Shown here in pieces: positions 12,341 through 25,671 of a stretch of DNA of 64,000 bases. This DNA comes from Chiloscyllium plagiosum. Lineage: Eukaryota. Made by a program: the position numbers and the translations under genes. A model generated the notes under the pieces. The model worked only from the letters and a program-made list of their open reading frames with translations. It did not search any database and was not told where the DNA came from. The stretch is taken from assembly GCF_004010195.1 (NCBI RefSeq), contig NC_057719.1, positions 22,944,618 through 23,008,617 on the forward strand. The letters run 5' to 3'. Numbering within the stretch: the stretch's first letter is position 1; every line of letters begins with the position of its first letter.

Positions 12341-14362
12341 CACTAAACTAGAGCACAGAGCAATTGTTTCTCAAACTCCCATTGGCATTGTACCTTACTA
12401 ATGTGGAGGTAGGTTGAACATCACAGCTGGCTTCATGCTGGGAGACTTGGCTGACAAAGTTGCTGTGGATATATTTTCCATCAGTGTTAATTAAGCTCAC
12501 AATTTGTTTTATGACAAATGCTGACAGTTACATAAATGAGATTATATTTTAAGAAAACATATTTTCTTCTGGATGCATTAAACATTCCTTCAACTTTATG
12601 CATAGAAAATGGAAAACAACCTTTTCAGCTCCCAACTGCATATGTCTCCTATTCAATCCACTAATGCTCCCATTTTCCATCACAAGGTGAATCAAGAATT
12701 CTGGAATCCTGACTTCCTGTGCAAACTGTGTCTTTATCCTCATTTTGTGACCAAATGTCCAGTTTTTTTCTGCTCTAAAATATCACCCTCTTCTATCTCT
12801 GCTATTCCTTACAAACAGTCTTACATCTGACTCAGTAATGGGAACCTTATATTTAATTCGGAAATCAAGAGTTACAATTGCTGATGTGATTTTTGGGTGC
12901 AAAATGACCATATCTAATTTTGGGGTAATAGTCTCCTTATTACTATTTTAAGTATTTTAATCAATCTGCTTAGGTTAGAGTCAGGCTTCTAACCAAGGTG
13001 ATTTATCATAAATTACCTAGCTACCAGTAAATTATCAAGTGACCAATTTGCCTGAGAATCACAACAATAAAAGCCAACAAGTTAATTACTGATGAATAGA
13101 TTATGGGTATGGCTGTACTTCAAAGCAGCATTTTTAGTTTTGTTTTAGTCTAGCATGAACTGGAGAAAAGGAAGAATCACTTTCAAGAAGGATTCAGTTA
13201 AAAAATAGTTTAAAACTCTTGTGATATGAAAATCTGACAGTAGGTTGGACTTCTGGGCAGAGCCAAAATTCTGGGTATAGCCAAACTGGGGAGAGGAAAA
13301 GTTTTAATTGCACAATTCCAAAGTTAATGTATATTCGGTACAGGAGAGTTTTAACCTCAGATGACCATACTTAAGTGGCTGGAAGTATCTTTGCTGAAGG
13401 GGAAGTCTACAACTGTTAAACAGTTGGAGGAGGTTTGAAGACACAACTTTACCAAGAAAACATCAAGGCAAGAAATATTAGCCTGTATATGAATAATACA
13501 ATTCTGCCTCACACTGAAGATCAAGCCCGGTTATTTTAGGAGTCATCCCAAAACTTAAAGGTAAAGAACTATACAGAATTCACCATTTTTTCCATGATTT
13601 TGACCCAGGTTGACACATTGAACAGATTAGCTTTCTGTGTTTAATGAGAATTACTACTTATTACAAGTAAATAGGCTCAAGATACAGGGAAACAATTAAG
13701 ATGCATTATCTTATTTAACACTCTAACTCCTTTATACACTCTCTCTTACACATATGTTCAGACAGAGACAGGATAACAAAAGGTGTGTGTTATGGACAGA
13801 AGGAAAACTGGTCTCTGCTTACCACTGCTGAGATGGTTCTTGTGCTGATCAGACCACTACTTATCAGTCTTCCTTTTCCTGATACTTTCCCTGGTTTTCA
13901 GGAGACATAAGGTGGCTGGTTCACAAGTATAAAAGCTCACTGACTTATTAATTGACACTCAAAACTTACCAACAAATTGCTGAAAGAAAAATAAATTGTT
14001 TTGCTTCAGGCTTAAAATATATCCCACTGATTTGTAAAAGTGACTTTTCTCTGGGCTCATTGGCTCAATATTTCATGTGGAACTGAGCTAATTAGAAAAA
14101 GCAGATATAGATTGACTGATTCTTGGGCCTGTATTTTTGCTGACTCAGCAGGCCATCCAGCATGGCAGGTGGACACCGGATCTAGAAATCCTGTGTCTGT
14201 GATACTGCAGGAAGGACCTCTTTTCAAGGAAAGGTTGAATAGTTAGGAACCAGGTGCAATGTGACTTCTTTGTCAATGAGCCCAGAGAAAAGTCACTTTA
14301 CAACTCAATGGGTTATCTTTTCAGCTGCAGAGCTGGGACTATGATCTGGAGAGACAGATTGT

Positions 14363-14638
14363 GGGTGGCACGGTGGCTCAGTAGTTAGCAATGCTGCCTC
14401 ACAGCGTCAAGGACCCGGGTTTGAATCTAACCTCGGGCGACTGTGTGGAGTTTGCATATTCGCTCTGTGTCTGTATGGGTTTCCCCTGGGCACTCTGGCT
14501 TCCTCCCATAGTTCAAAGATGTGCAAGCCAGGTGAATTGGCTATGCTAAATTGTTCATAATGTTAGGTGCATTAGTCAGAGAGAAATATGTCTCGGTGGG
14601 TTAATCTTCAGAGGGTCAGTGTGGACTTGTTGGGCCAA
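14363..14638 (+). mobile_element. HE1-type V-SINE
   Basis: gggtggcacggtggctcagtagttagc...ggacccgggtttgaatc...tgtgtggagtttgca. Confidence 0.9.
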
Positions 14639-15145
14639 CCCATCCATGCCGACCAGATATACCAACCCAATCTAGTCCCACCTGCCAGCACCCGGCCCAT
14701 ATCCCTCCAAACCCTTCCTATTCATATACCCATCCAAATCCTCTTAAATGTTGCAATTGTACTAGCCTCCACCACTTCCTCTGGCAGCTCATTCTATACA
14801 TGTACCACCCTCTGTGTGAAAAAAGTTGCCCCTTAGGTCTCTTTTATATCTTTCCCCTCTCACCCTAAATCTATGTCCTCTAGTTCTGGACTCCCCGACC
14901 CCAGGGAAAAGACTTTGCCTATTTACCCTATCCATGCCCCTCATAATTTTGTAAACCTCTATAGCCCCTCAGCCTCCGACGCTCCAGGGAAAACAGACCC
15001 AGCCTGTTCAGCCTCTCCCTATCGCTCAAATCCTCCAACCCTGGCAACATCCTTATAAATCTTTTCTGAACCCTTTCAAGTTTCACAACATCTTTCTGAT
15101 AGGAAGGAGACCAGAATTGCACGCAATATTCCAACAGTGGCCTAG
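14635..15145 (-). mobile_element. HER1/CR1 LINE 3' fragment
   Basis: Minus-strand [31 protein letters not shown]. Confidence 0.92.
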
Positions 15146-15989
15146 GATGGAATAATAATGAATAGCTGAAGACACTGTGGGTAGGGAGTTCTATGCTGCT
15201 GACCACATGGTATTAGATATGAAACACTCAGATATGTGACACCAGCATCTATTTGAAACAGCCATCATCAGACTACAGATAGCTGATATCTGTGGGCTCA
15301 ATGTAACGCTTGAAGTAGGACCCTGAAGGTTACAGAATAACTTGATACTTTCTGTTCATATAATTTATGTAAAGTCTGGAATAATTAGTTGTGAAGGGAA
15401 CACAGGAGAAATCTGAATCATTCCCTCACATTTAAAGCAACTGCTGTATTTCTTGCTGATTGCAGGACGAGCATACAATGCAGCTAGATGAAGTAGGATT
15501 AAATTGGGGTTACCTCTAAAACCTTTCAACAAAATATCATGTTACTAAGGTTTCACTCCAATTTTCATGCCATCTAATCCTGCATTCAAGTGATGAAAAA
15601 ATGACTTTCGGTCATGGGTTTACAGAATAGGTCCCCACAGGAGCATCATAATATCTGTTCACACAGCATCACGGTTTAGCATTTGTTGATTTACGACTAC
15701 ATTACTTCTACATTTTAATTTAAAAAATAACACCCATCAATAAGGTTCTCTTTGAATTATGACTTAATGGAGATTATTTTAACCCTGCTCCTTCCTCAAC
15801 CAAAGGAGGTAGGTTTGGATCAGGGTGAGATGTGAAAATGTAAATTCTCAAACCCAAACTTGACCAGCCTTGAACCTGCTCACTTCTGGTTTTAATGAAA
15901 GATGGACTGTAGGACACAGTAAGGGGCTACCTGTAAAAAAGAGGTTATTTAAGGACAGTTAAGGTGTATTCACATAATGGTGTCAGGTA

Positions 15990-17050
15990 GGGGAAATTAA
16001 ACTCCCCATGTAATTAAAGAGACATTAGTATGAATCAGAAAAAGTGTGTTAATGACAAATGTCAGGTGGATAATTGAGAACCAGAATAACTCTGGAAGGT
16101 TCAGAAGGGAAATGAGAAAGTAAATAAAAGATATGAAGAGGTGAATAGTTAACATAAAGGTGAATGTAAAGTCCAGTATAGGCAGAGAAGTGTTAAAAGG
16201 TGGTAAGAAGAGAACAACGGATAATGAGGAACCAAAAGGAATTACACATGGAAGCAGAGGACATACTTAAAATATTAAATGGAAACTTTGTATCAGTCTT
16301 TACCTTGGAAGAAGATGCTGTCCAGGACATGGTAAAATGGCTCACGTGTTTGAAGAGGTTAAACCTAATTGGAAGTTGATAAGCTGCCATCTTCAAGGCA
16401 TTCAAGGATACTGAAGGAAGTACAAAGGATGTGAAAGTTGTAAATGTTACAACTTTGTTTAAAATAGGGTGTAAAAGTAAAGCAAGCAGCAGATCAGTTG
16501 GTTTAAAAGTGGTGATGAGGAAGCTTTTAGAGACAATAAATAGGTACAAAATTAATAGACATTTGGACAAGTGCAGGCAAACTATAGAAGCCACCATGGT
16601 ATTACAAAGAGCAAGTTGTGGTTAATTAACTTGCCTGAGATTTTTTTAAAATGTTGTTAGAGAGAATTAATGGTGCCAATACTGGTTGGTGCAGTGCACA
16701 AAAACATATGTTCTGCATAACATACCTAACCGTGAACAAAGTTAGAGCTAAAGGAATAAAAGGAACAGCAGCAATGTGCAAACAAAATTGGCTGAATTAC
16801 AGGAGACAATGAGGAATGGAATATTTATTCTGGAGCTTCTCAGGGATTATGTTAGGATTCCTGCTCTTCCTGTTAGATACCAGTGACTTAGATCTTGATT
16901 TACATTGTTGAATTTCAAGATTTGTAGATGATACAGAATTTGGGAGTACTGTGAACCTTGAGGGGGATAGCATAGAACTTCAAAGGTACTTGAGCAGTTG
17001 CTGGAATAGATGAAGAAGTAGTAGATAAGATTTAATAGAGTAAAGCTTTT
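15990..17050 (+). mobile_element. Old CR1 ORF2 fragment
   Basis: Decayed NVTTLFK.G.K, KLLETI and FVDDT.. motifs. Confidence 0.7.
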
Positions 17051-17789
17051 ATAATCTGTCACCTATGAGACCAGCAGTGTGCTGATTGATCAAATATTCT
17101 GGATAATGAAATGGTCCACATAATCAATGCAAAAATGCACACACCAAGTAAGAGAAACATAACACATCACTCTTATACTTTATTTACGATGTAAATCACT
17201 TGAATAATAATGCAACTTTGCCTTAAATGAAAATTACAGCAGAGGGCTTTCGCACCCTCAACTTGGCTACTCGGACATTGCGATGGACCACAGTATTTGA
17301 GGAGAAATTAATTTGAAATTGAATCAATTGTTGATATTTCAAGTGGCCATTTGATTGAACAACAAGTATATTTACAGTGAGGTAAATAAATTTAAATAAC
17401 AATTGAACAGAATAATACAGTAAACTTCACAATATTTGAAGTATATATTTTTTTCCAGTTTATCAAGAGTGCCATTTCATTTAAGATGTTGGTTAAAGCA
17501 AAGTTCACTGTACATTGAAGTGTAAAATGTTTTATTTTGTTCAGAAGAAGACAGAAAGGCAATACAAAATAAATAGTACATTCCCAAAATAGATCCAGTT
17601 GGACCTGGATGTTTATGTGCGTAAACCCTTTAAGAAAGCAGTACAGTTTGCGAGTGTGTGTCATTTTGGGCGTTATTGTTAGGAACACAAGGAACAAAAG
17701 CAGTATTTTTTTTTGTCGGGTTATGTTAAACTGACAAAATAAGACACTGGTTCGATCTCTGCTAAAGTCCTATGTACAGTTCTCAGCAC

Positions 17790-18270
17790 CAAACTTTCCG
17801 AAGAATGTGAAGACATTAGAAAGACAGCAAAAATAAAATTGAAAATTATTTGAAGTAGAAGGAACTGCAGTTATGTAGAAAGATCGGAGAAGATGGGACC
17901 AATTCCCATATATAATTAAAGGAGATTCCAATCATGAGGGCTCTGGACAACATAGATTGGGAGAAATTGTTCCCATTACTGGAAGGATTGGGACCAGTGG
18001 ACACAGCTTTAAGGTAATTGGTATATGATGGCAACACAAGGAAAAAGTTTTGCAGCAGCTGTTGGTTAGAATCTGGAATGCACTGCCTGAGAGGGTGGTG
18101 GAGGCAGGGAGGCTTTCTAAGTGAATTGGATCTTTATCTGAAAAAGAAACATTTGCAGAGCTCGAGGAAAAACACAAAGGAGTGACACAAAGTGTATTGC
18201 ATCTTCAGGGACTAACACAATTGTATCTGGTCAAATGGCCTCCATCTGCGCTGCAACCATTTTCTGATGC
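17790..18270 (+). mobile_element. Old CR1 3' fragment
   Basis: tggaatgcactgcctgagagggtggtggaggcagg followed by a CR1-type tail. Confidence 0.72.
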
Positions 18271-18852
18271 TTTGTTATCTGAGACCTTGCTGTGCAACCT
18301 GAATGATGCTTGAATTGTTCAAGAGGTAGAAACCCCTTTCAGTGTGTATACTTTGTCTATGAGCTTATAATTAGGAAACGCAGTTTAATGTGACTTGAAG
18401 AATAGGAACATTTGGCACCTGATCCCTTGCCATGTGTATGTAGTACTTGACAGTAACTGCTAGGATCATTACTTTTGATAAGCAAAGTTCTTGATGAAGC
18501 CCAGAATTCACTGCGGTCCAAATAATGTAACCTTTCCTTTCCCAGAACAAGAGCTCACTGCAAATATTTATTTACCTGACATCAAAAAACCTAATCTTCT
18601 CATGTAGCAAGTCTGGAAATTTTACTGAAGCACATGCAATGTCGTTTGAGATGAATGCATGACTTCTGGCACCATTTTATACCCTGAGACAACTATTTTA
18701 GAATCTGGCAGAAAATGTAGAGAAAAAAAAACACTTTAGCGGTGGAGAAGTCTAGGTTTCTATCATTGAGCAAGCGAAGGAAAAACTCTTACGTTAACTT
18801 TCCTCTTTCAGATAATTGACGGAGAAATACCAAGTAGCACAACAAAGGACAT

Positions 18853-19795
18853 CGTTAAAAATTACACAACACCAGGTTATAGTGTAACAGGATTATTTGG
18901 AAGCACTAGCTTTTGGAGCGCTGCTCCTTCATCAGGTGGGTGTGGAGAATAAGATTGTGAGACACAGAATTTATAGCAAAAGTTTACAGTGTGATGTAAC
19001 TGAAATTATATATTGAAAAAGACCTGGTTTGTTTGTTAAATCTCTCATCTTTTAGATTGGACATGTTGGCTTCAGTTCTTTCATATGTAAATTGTAAAAC
19101 CTTTTTTAGAAGTTACATTCTCAAGTGAACTTTAACAATTGGTGTCATGTCAGCCCAGATAATGTATTGAAGGTGAGAGCTTCCCTGTGTGAGGCTGTCT
19201 GTGCCACAATGGTCAGACTGATTCTAATCTAAAAAATGGATTTACAGAAGCTTACAAGGATTCATGCAGTTTTTGAGCGAAGTAAAATGTATTTCTGCAA
19301 GTACAAATTCACCCCACAAACTTATATGTGAATGTGTACATGTGGGTGCATGTGCGTGTGTGTGTGTTTTGGGGGCGGGGTGGTTATGAGTGTGTATATG
19401 TGTGTGAGTGTGAGTGTAAAGAGGTATAAGTTTGTCAGCCAGTGAGTGTGGGAGTGTGTGTGTGAGCATACGAGATAGGGTCTGTGTGAGTGTGTGTGTC
19501 TGTAGGAGAAAGTATGTGCAGGTGTGTGTGTGTGTAGTGCAGTGAGGTCACCTGAAGTGTGACATGAACCTAAGGTCCAGCTGAGAGACTTAACAAACAA
19601 TCCAGGTCTTTTTCAATATATAATTTCAGTTACATCACACTGTAAACTTTTCTATAAATTCTTAGTCTTACAATCTTAGTCTCCACAACCATGATGAAGG
19701 AGCAGTGCTCCAAAAGCTCGTGCTGCCAATTAAACCTGGTGTTGTGTGATTTTTAACTTTGTACACCCCAGTCCAACACCAACATCTCCAAACCA
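18853..19795. mobile_element. PLE-associated family C element with ~190-bp inverted termini and an internal GT-rich tract
   Basis: 18853-19048 is the reverse complement of ~19583-19757. Hammerhead motifs at 18904-18938 (-) and ~19687-19722 (+). Confidence 0.85.
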
Positions 19796-19825
19796 ACACA
19801 GGAGACAGCTGCCAATTCAGCTCTC

Positions 19826-19839
19826 CCAGCAGGGGGCAG
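19826..19839 (+). promoter_or_regulatory. Candidate CTCF site
   Basis: CCAGCAGGGGGCAG fits the CTCF core consensus. Motif only. Confidence 0.4.
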
Positions 19840-20485
19840 GCACAAACAGCTTAGTGCTGAAATGATGATGCCTCCAGCCCAAGCTGCCTTCAAATTTTGG
19901 GAGCCAAGGAGTGGTGAATAAACTCACACATTACACACTACATACCAAAACAGCTTATGTGTAATTTGTCAAAGATTGAAGGATATTAGGAAACCACTTA
20001 ACAAAAATCAATCTCTCACCATTTGAATGTAACATTGGGTTATTTTGGTAATTTCCAACACAAACCTTTCATTCATAGGGACCATGTCATACTTATGTTT
20101 AAACTTATGAAATATCAGGTTGCCTTTTGCAGTATTCCTAACAGCTCAAACATTTGGATTTCCAGTTTTGAATTGAACATAGAATGAGAAGGTAATCAGT
20201 ACAATCTACCGCTGTTTGTGAGATGTTGTTTCATCTGCACTGGAACACTAGGCATTTGATGAATATCCCATGCCTCTAAATTGCAATTAACAGCAAATCA
20301 CAGTTTTACAATCAGTAACTTTCAAAGTTGTAGCAATCACAGATATTCTGATCAGCAATGTGGTAAGTAACATTTGTGCATGCAAGTGCCAGGCAATGAT
20401 CATCTCCACGGGGAGAAAGCTTAACTATTGCTATTGCTGAATACTTCACTGCCAAGTTCCTGGAGATTACTATTGAACTAGATCA

Positions 20486-20601
20486 GTGGCACAATGTCTC
20501 AGTGGTTAGCATTGCTGCCTCGCAGCACTAGGGACCTGGCTTTGATTCCAGCCTTGGATGACTGTCTTTGTGGAGTTTGCACATTCTCTCCATGTCTGTG
20601 T
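20486..20601 (+). mobile_element. HE1-type V-SINE 5' half
   Basis: Head and start of V-domain; truncated. Confidence 0.8.
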
Positions 20602-21639
20602 CAGACCTGGGGAGTTGCAAAGACTCAGCATTTATGAAAAGGGCTATCAAGCAGGGAATCTGAATGTTCAAGTTCTCATTGACACCCAGAGGCGTAAGCC
20701 AGAAACTACTGCTGAAGGAGCATTCACTGATGTCTCCCATTGTACTATGTAATGAGAAAAGAAATGGCTGAGACCATATATAGAGTGAGCAACCAGGGAG
20801 GGAGAGGGGGAGGGGGGAATGGGAGTCCTACCGCTGGTGAGACCCTTTAGAAATTGCGTAGGAAACAAAGCTGCATGATCCGGATCCATGACATTCTTCC
20901 AAAATTTGCTCCTCCTGTGACATACACACCCTGTCTCACATATTGCTGACCAGCTCATTCACAGCAGCACTGTTTGCAGACAGAGATGAGTGAAAGGTCA
21001 GGGCAGCCTCTTAGTGAGGTACCTCGAGTAGTCAGGCTCCCATATCCCTAGCTTCATGCCTTTGGGCCTAAGACATTCAGATGTGTGCACATATTCAGCA
21101 GACCCTCCGATTGGTGGATCTGACTCTCACTGGAGATGACAGGGCCCCCAGAGCAGAGCTGTATCCTGGGCTATAAAGGCTCTTACTTCCTGCATAGATG
21201 TCTGCTGTTCCTGTTCCTCCTTATCCATGTGGATGAAGTCCCTGATTTCCAACACCACAGGCTCCTCTCTGTCTGGGGATGAACAGGTGCCTATCCTCCA
21301 TGTGCCAGTGGTCCAGGGCACTTCTTCCTCAGTAGAGTTGTATCAGTGTGGAGCTCTCCAGGCTGTGTTCTCAAGCCTTCTAAGGCTAATGTTCCCATTG
21401 AGGTGTCAGTAGTAAAGTTGATCGGGGCAGTGCAGAGGGTAGCCTTGTTGATACTTCCTTTGAACTCTCTACCTCAGACGTGGAGAAGGTGCCTCCTGGT
21501 GGAGCCAGCTATTTCTCCATTGGATTCATGGATATCATGGTTGGGGAGAAATAAGAATAAGTGAGGGAAGATGTTGAAGACAATAGTGAAAGTGGTGGAT
21601 CATGAGCTTTGGTTGGAGGTGGTTGTAGCAACAGAGAGA

Positions 21640-21990
21640 GTGTGAGAAAGCAGAGACATGATTGTGTCATTTACTCTTGTGGAGTGGAGACAATTTTTGA
21701 CTTTCTTGCAGTGTTGCTGGCCATTCCTCCAGACTGTGGAGACTGCATTGACCGACATCAGACCTCACACCAGGATGTCAAGGTCTGTTGTCATGGCATC
21801 CTCTATTGTTCCTTGATTTAATTGGATATCCAAGAATGGTTCTGAGGAAGGGTCACTCAACCCAAAATGTGAACTCTGATTTCTCTCCACAAATGCTGAC
21901 AGACCTGCTGATATTTTCCAGCAACTTCTGTTTTTGTCTCCAAGAATGCTAAGTCTTCCCAGGAAAATCATCTGGTAACATGGGGCGAGA
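21640..21990 (-). pseudogene. PIF/Harbinger Myb/SANT-like gene remnant
   Basis: Reverse complement reads ..TSWCEV..VNAVSTVWRNGQQ.CKKVKNCL across frameshifts, resembling W..VA..VNAVS...R...QC.KK..DL. Confidence 0.55.
21839..21938 (+). mobile_element. Short PLE-associated insertion (family D) with hammerhead motif
   Basis: gttCTGAGGAagggtcactcaaccc(A)AAAtgtgaac. 10-bp TSD tccaagaatg (21829-21838, 21939-21948). Confidence 0.82.
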
Positions 21991-22445
21991 ATGAGGCAAG
22001 AGTGGCATCATAAAGTTGAAGAGGATCATTAATGAGGCAAGTTCGGTAAGAAATCTCACTTGGACTCACGGTAAGATACCAGCAAAAAAACTGAATGATC
22101 CTGACACTTACCCAAAGAACATAAGATTTAGCCCCATATTGCCATTCCTTCACTGTTGATGGGCCAAACTCCTAGAACTTATCTCCTATTAGCACTGTGG
22201 ATGTCCCAAAATTCAGTGACTGCAGTGGATCAAGATGGCAGCTCACCATCATCATTTGCAGGTCAATTAGTGGCAGATGCTTATTGCTGGCCTAGCCAGC
22301 AATGCCATATCCCAGGAATGAAAAAACTAACAATCTACCTAGAATTGAATATAATAAAAAGAGTAATTTAGATTCTAAGACTCCCGGAGTAGGCAAGGAT
22401 AATGACTTGGACGTGTGTCAGGCTGCAATAGCAATACAACGTCAA

Positions 22446-22565
22446 GGGGGCGCTTGTGGCATTGTGGTACCGTGACTAATCCGAACCAGGAGAGGTTGGT
22501 TCAAGTCCCACTTGCTCCAGAGATGTGTCATAACATCCCTGAACTGGTTGATTAGAAAATATCTA
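22446..22565 (+). mobile_element. Short tRNA-derived SINE-like element
   Basis: A-box-like tggcattgtgg and B-box-like ggttcaagtccc. Confidence 0.5.
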
Positions 22566-24119
22566 GCATTCTACATCATTTGCAGTGAGGCTTTGTAACA
22601 AAGATGGGGGCAATTTTAGCTTCACACACACATTTTGTCCATGGACAGCCACTGGAATTTAATTTGCAAGTGCTGAGCAGAATTCCAGTGACCAAAAGCA
22701 AGGGTGAGTCTCTCAAAAAAGCTATATGCCTTGCCCTGATGTGGATGACAAATGCTAAAGGAAATTAGTTACCCTCTTCTAAGTGTGGAAAGGATTATTT
22801 TTATCATTTCCCTCTGGGGATAGTGGCCTAAAGTGTTCAGGAGCTGCAGCTAACAAGGATGTTTAGTGTAGATTCTTTATTCAGGTGTGTACAATGCAAG
22901 GTGATTTTTTTCACTGCGTGCTTTTTAAATCATTGCATTTATCATTATGAAAATTCTTTGAGCGCAGCAGTACTTAACATTTTTGCACTGTCTACATTTG
23001 TGCTGAAGCTGAACTGCTCTTTTAAAGTGTAATGCTTGCTGCTCGAAGTGGGGAGAAAGGGATTGACACTGTCACCTTTTCAAGTCCTGCCAATGTCATG
23101 AGAAAGATCTCATCCTCTTGTCTTGGGCAGTATAGTGATTGATAGGCTGGCATGGCCTCAAGATGACTTAGTGATGCTTCACCAGTGGATCTCTCAACCC
23201 CCATGACTGACATCTTTCCAGCAGTAAGAGCAAAATCACCTCATGAGCGCACTCATCTGCAAGTATCCCATTCCCAGCTGGAAACATTGAGAATGGGGTC
23301 TCCATCAATGCCATTATCCCAAACACAGACCATGAACCCATACCAAGCCCAAAGTATGATCACCCATTTCCCACCTATCCCTTTCGCTTGTGGCATCGTG
23401 ATTAACTATATAAGCAATTATTATTACATGAAAAGTAAATAAACAAAGGAATTGAGACAGCATCACCCAGGTTGTGAAAAGTATAGTTAATTAGCTGGCA
23501 CCTCACTGTATCTCTAGAGGATGCTTCCCCCATTGTTGGGGAACACTTGGAGGCAGTCTGCTGCTTGCCTTTGCATCTAGCCAAGATCTCTTGACTTCTC
23601 TCCTTATCTTCAAGGTGCCCATGCAGCCTTCAGCACAGAGTACTGCACCTACACTTACTCTGGGCAGCCTCTCTCTCAGACCCTTGCAGGATGGATGGTT
23701 TCTGAGCTACAGGGAGTTAAATCAGGTTTTACAGAAAGGAGTTACATCAAGATTAAGAAAATGCCTGACAAGCTAGTAGGGTACCTTTTAGCATGCATAA
23801 ACCTTGTAGCCCCCAAAGTGAGTATCAACCTTGAGAGCAGATTAAAGAATATATGTAGATTCCAGCAGACAAGTTAAGAGCAAGCCTTGGGATGGAAAAT
23901 TTCGGTTTATTGTACAAGAATGGAATGTAAATGTGTGTGTACAGTTTGATGACTTTCTGTGTGCATTGCACAGGAATGGGACAGAGTCAGGGCAGAATAT
24001 CAGACAGACTTCTGTTTAGCCAGATTGATGGAATAAACACAAAGTTACCAGATATTTCCAACGGTCTGCGTAAGGGAATTAACCACAGCAAGTACTCAAA
24101 GATGGGAAAGGTAATATTG

Positions 24120-24133
24120 CTGCCCCCTGCAGG
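24120..24133 (-). promoter_or_regulatory. Candidate CTCF site
   Basis: Reverse complement CCTGCAGGGGGCAG. Motif only. Confidence 0.35.
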
Positions 24134-24169
24134 AAAGCACCCTTAAAAGCAACCACATTTTCCAACAAT

Positions 24170-24442
24170 TAATTAATTTATTTATATTCAGGTGTACCAA
24201 AGTGCAGTGAAAAGCTTTGTTTACAAGCAGTACAGGCAGATCATAGTAAGGATGTACAGAACAAATGATTTAAACAGAGGCATACAGGTAACATTGCACA
24301 GGGCGTACGAGAGAGATCAATGTAAGCAAGATCAGAATTATTTAAGGCAAAAGAGAGTCCATTCAATAATCTAATAACGGCCAGGAAAAGCTAACCCTGA
24401 ACCTACTGGTGAGTGTGTTCAGGTTTCTGTATCTTCTACCCT
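24170..24442 (-). mobile_element. Rex1/Babar-like LINE 3' end
   Basis: aagctaaccctgaacctactggtgagtgtgttcaggtttctgtatcttct. Tail reverse complement ttttcactgcactttggtacacctgaatataaataaat. Confidence 0.55.
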
Positions 24443-25577
24443 CACGTTGGATGAGACATCAGTGAGAGTACAGTTGGCATCCTATCTATGACATTCTGTG
24501 CTATCTGCAACAGTGAACAGTCAATGGCACAGAGTCTTATTCTTTATTTGGATGTTAACATCCTGTTTCTACATCTACTCAAGTCAGACTGCACATGGCT
24601 TTCTGAAAGGTTGAATACCCTCTCAGTGGAGAAGCTTATTCCCTAAAGTCCTTGTGTTATAATGGTGCACATACACTGCATGGACTCCCTCATTGTCTGC
24701 CCAAAGTTCCATGATGCTACAGCCCTTGGGAATGCATCTTTCTCTGGTGCTCCATAAAGACATCCCTTGTGGGCGACACCCAAGGCCAAGCATTTTTGTC
24801 TAGCCCTCCATCCTCCTAAAGGTCTCACCCTCCTTACACTCACTTGGGATGTGCCGGATGCGTGGTATTCCCTTGTTATAAAGTGGTCGATCAAGGTGAA
24901 TGGGCTTGAACAGGTGGATGATACTTGCGTTGAATTCAGAAAGTCAGTGGCAAGAGCCAATTTTATAAATGCAACCAATCAGCATGAGTGTGGGTTGAAT
25001 TTCTCTACTGATATTGGTAATTTGATTTTAAGAGAGATTTTTGTTATGATTTCATCCTTTTTCATTCAATGTGAGTAGCATTGGCTTTTCTTGTCCATCG
25101 CTAACTGTCCTTGAGAAGGAGCATAAACACCATCAAGGAAAACAGAAGAAAACTGACTTTTTTGAACTACAAATTGTACCCATAGACTGAAAATAATATC
25201 CACAGTTATTATGTTACTTCTCCTTCTATGTGACCCTTCTTTGTGATGTTAAATTATTTAATTGTTCTATGTTTGATTATGTGAAAATGCTTACTATTGA
25301 TATTCACAGTGCTTGATTAATTAAGCCTGGACAGAGAACCAGAGAAAAGTTAATGAGTTGCAAAAGCTCTTGGAAAGTGAAACTGTAAGCCTGGAGTTGA
25401 TATTTTAAACTGCTCTGAATAAAACCAGTTATCAATGAATGAAACAGTGTCTTCTCCGCGTGGAATAAAGTATACAATGCTCCAGAATCTCCAATGATAG
25501 GTCAGTAGTGGTTTACAGCAAAGCGTTTATTTTTATAATTGCGATTCAAGAGATAAATCAACTTTTATGATTCATAA

Positions 25578-25671
25578 CCAAAAGAGAGAATGCTGGAAAA
25601 TCTCAACAAGTCTGGCAGCATCTGTAAGAAGAGAAAAGAGCTGACGTTTCGAGTCAACTGACCCTTTGTCA
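25578..25671 (-). mobile_element. Short PLE-associated insertion with hammerhead-like motif
   Basis: Reverse complement ttgacaaagggtcagttgactcGAAACGTCagc. 11-bp TSD atgattcataa (25567-25577, 25672-25682). Confidence 0.78.
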
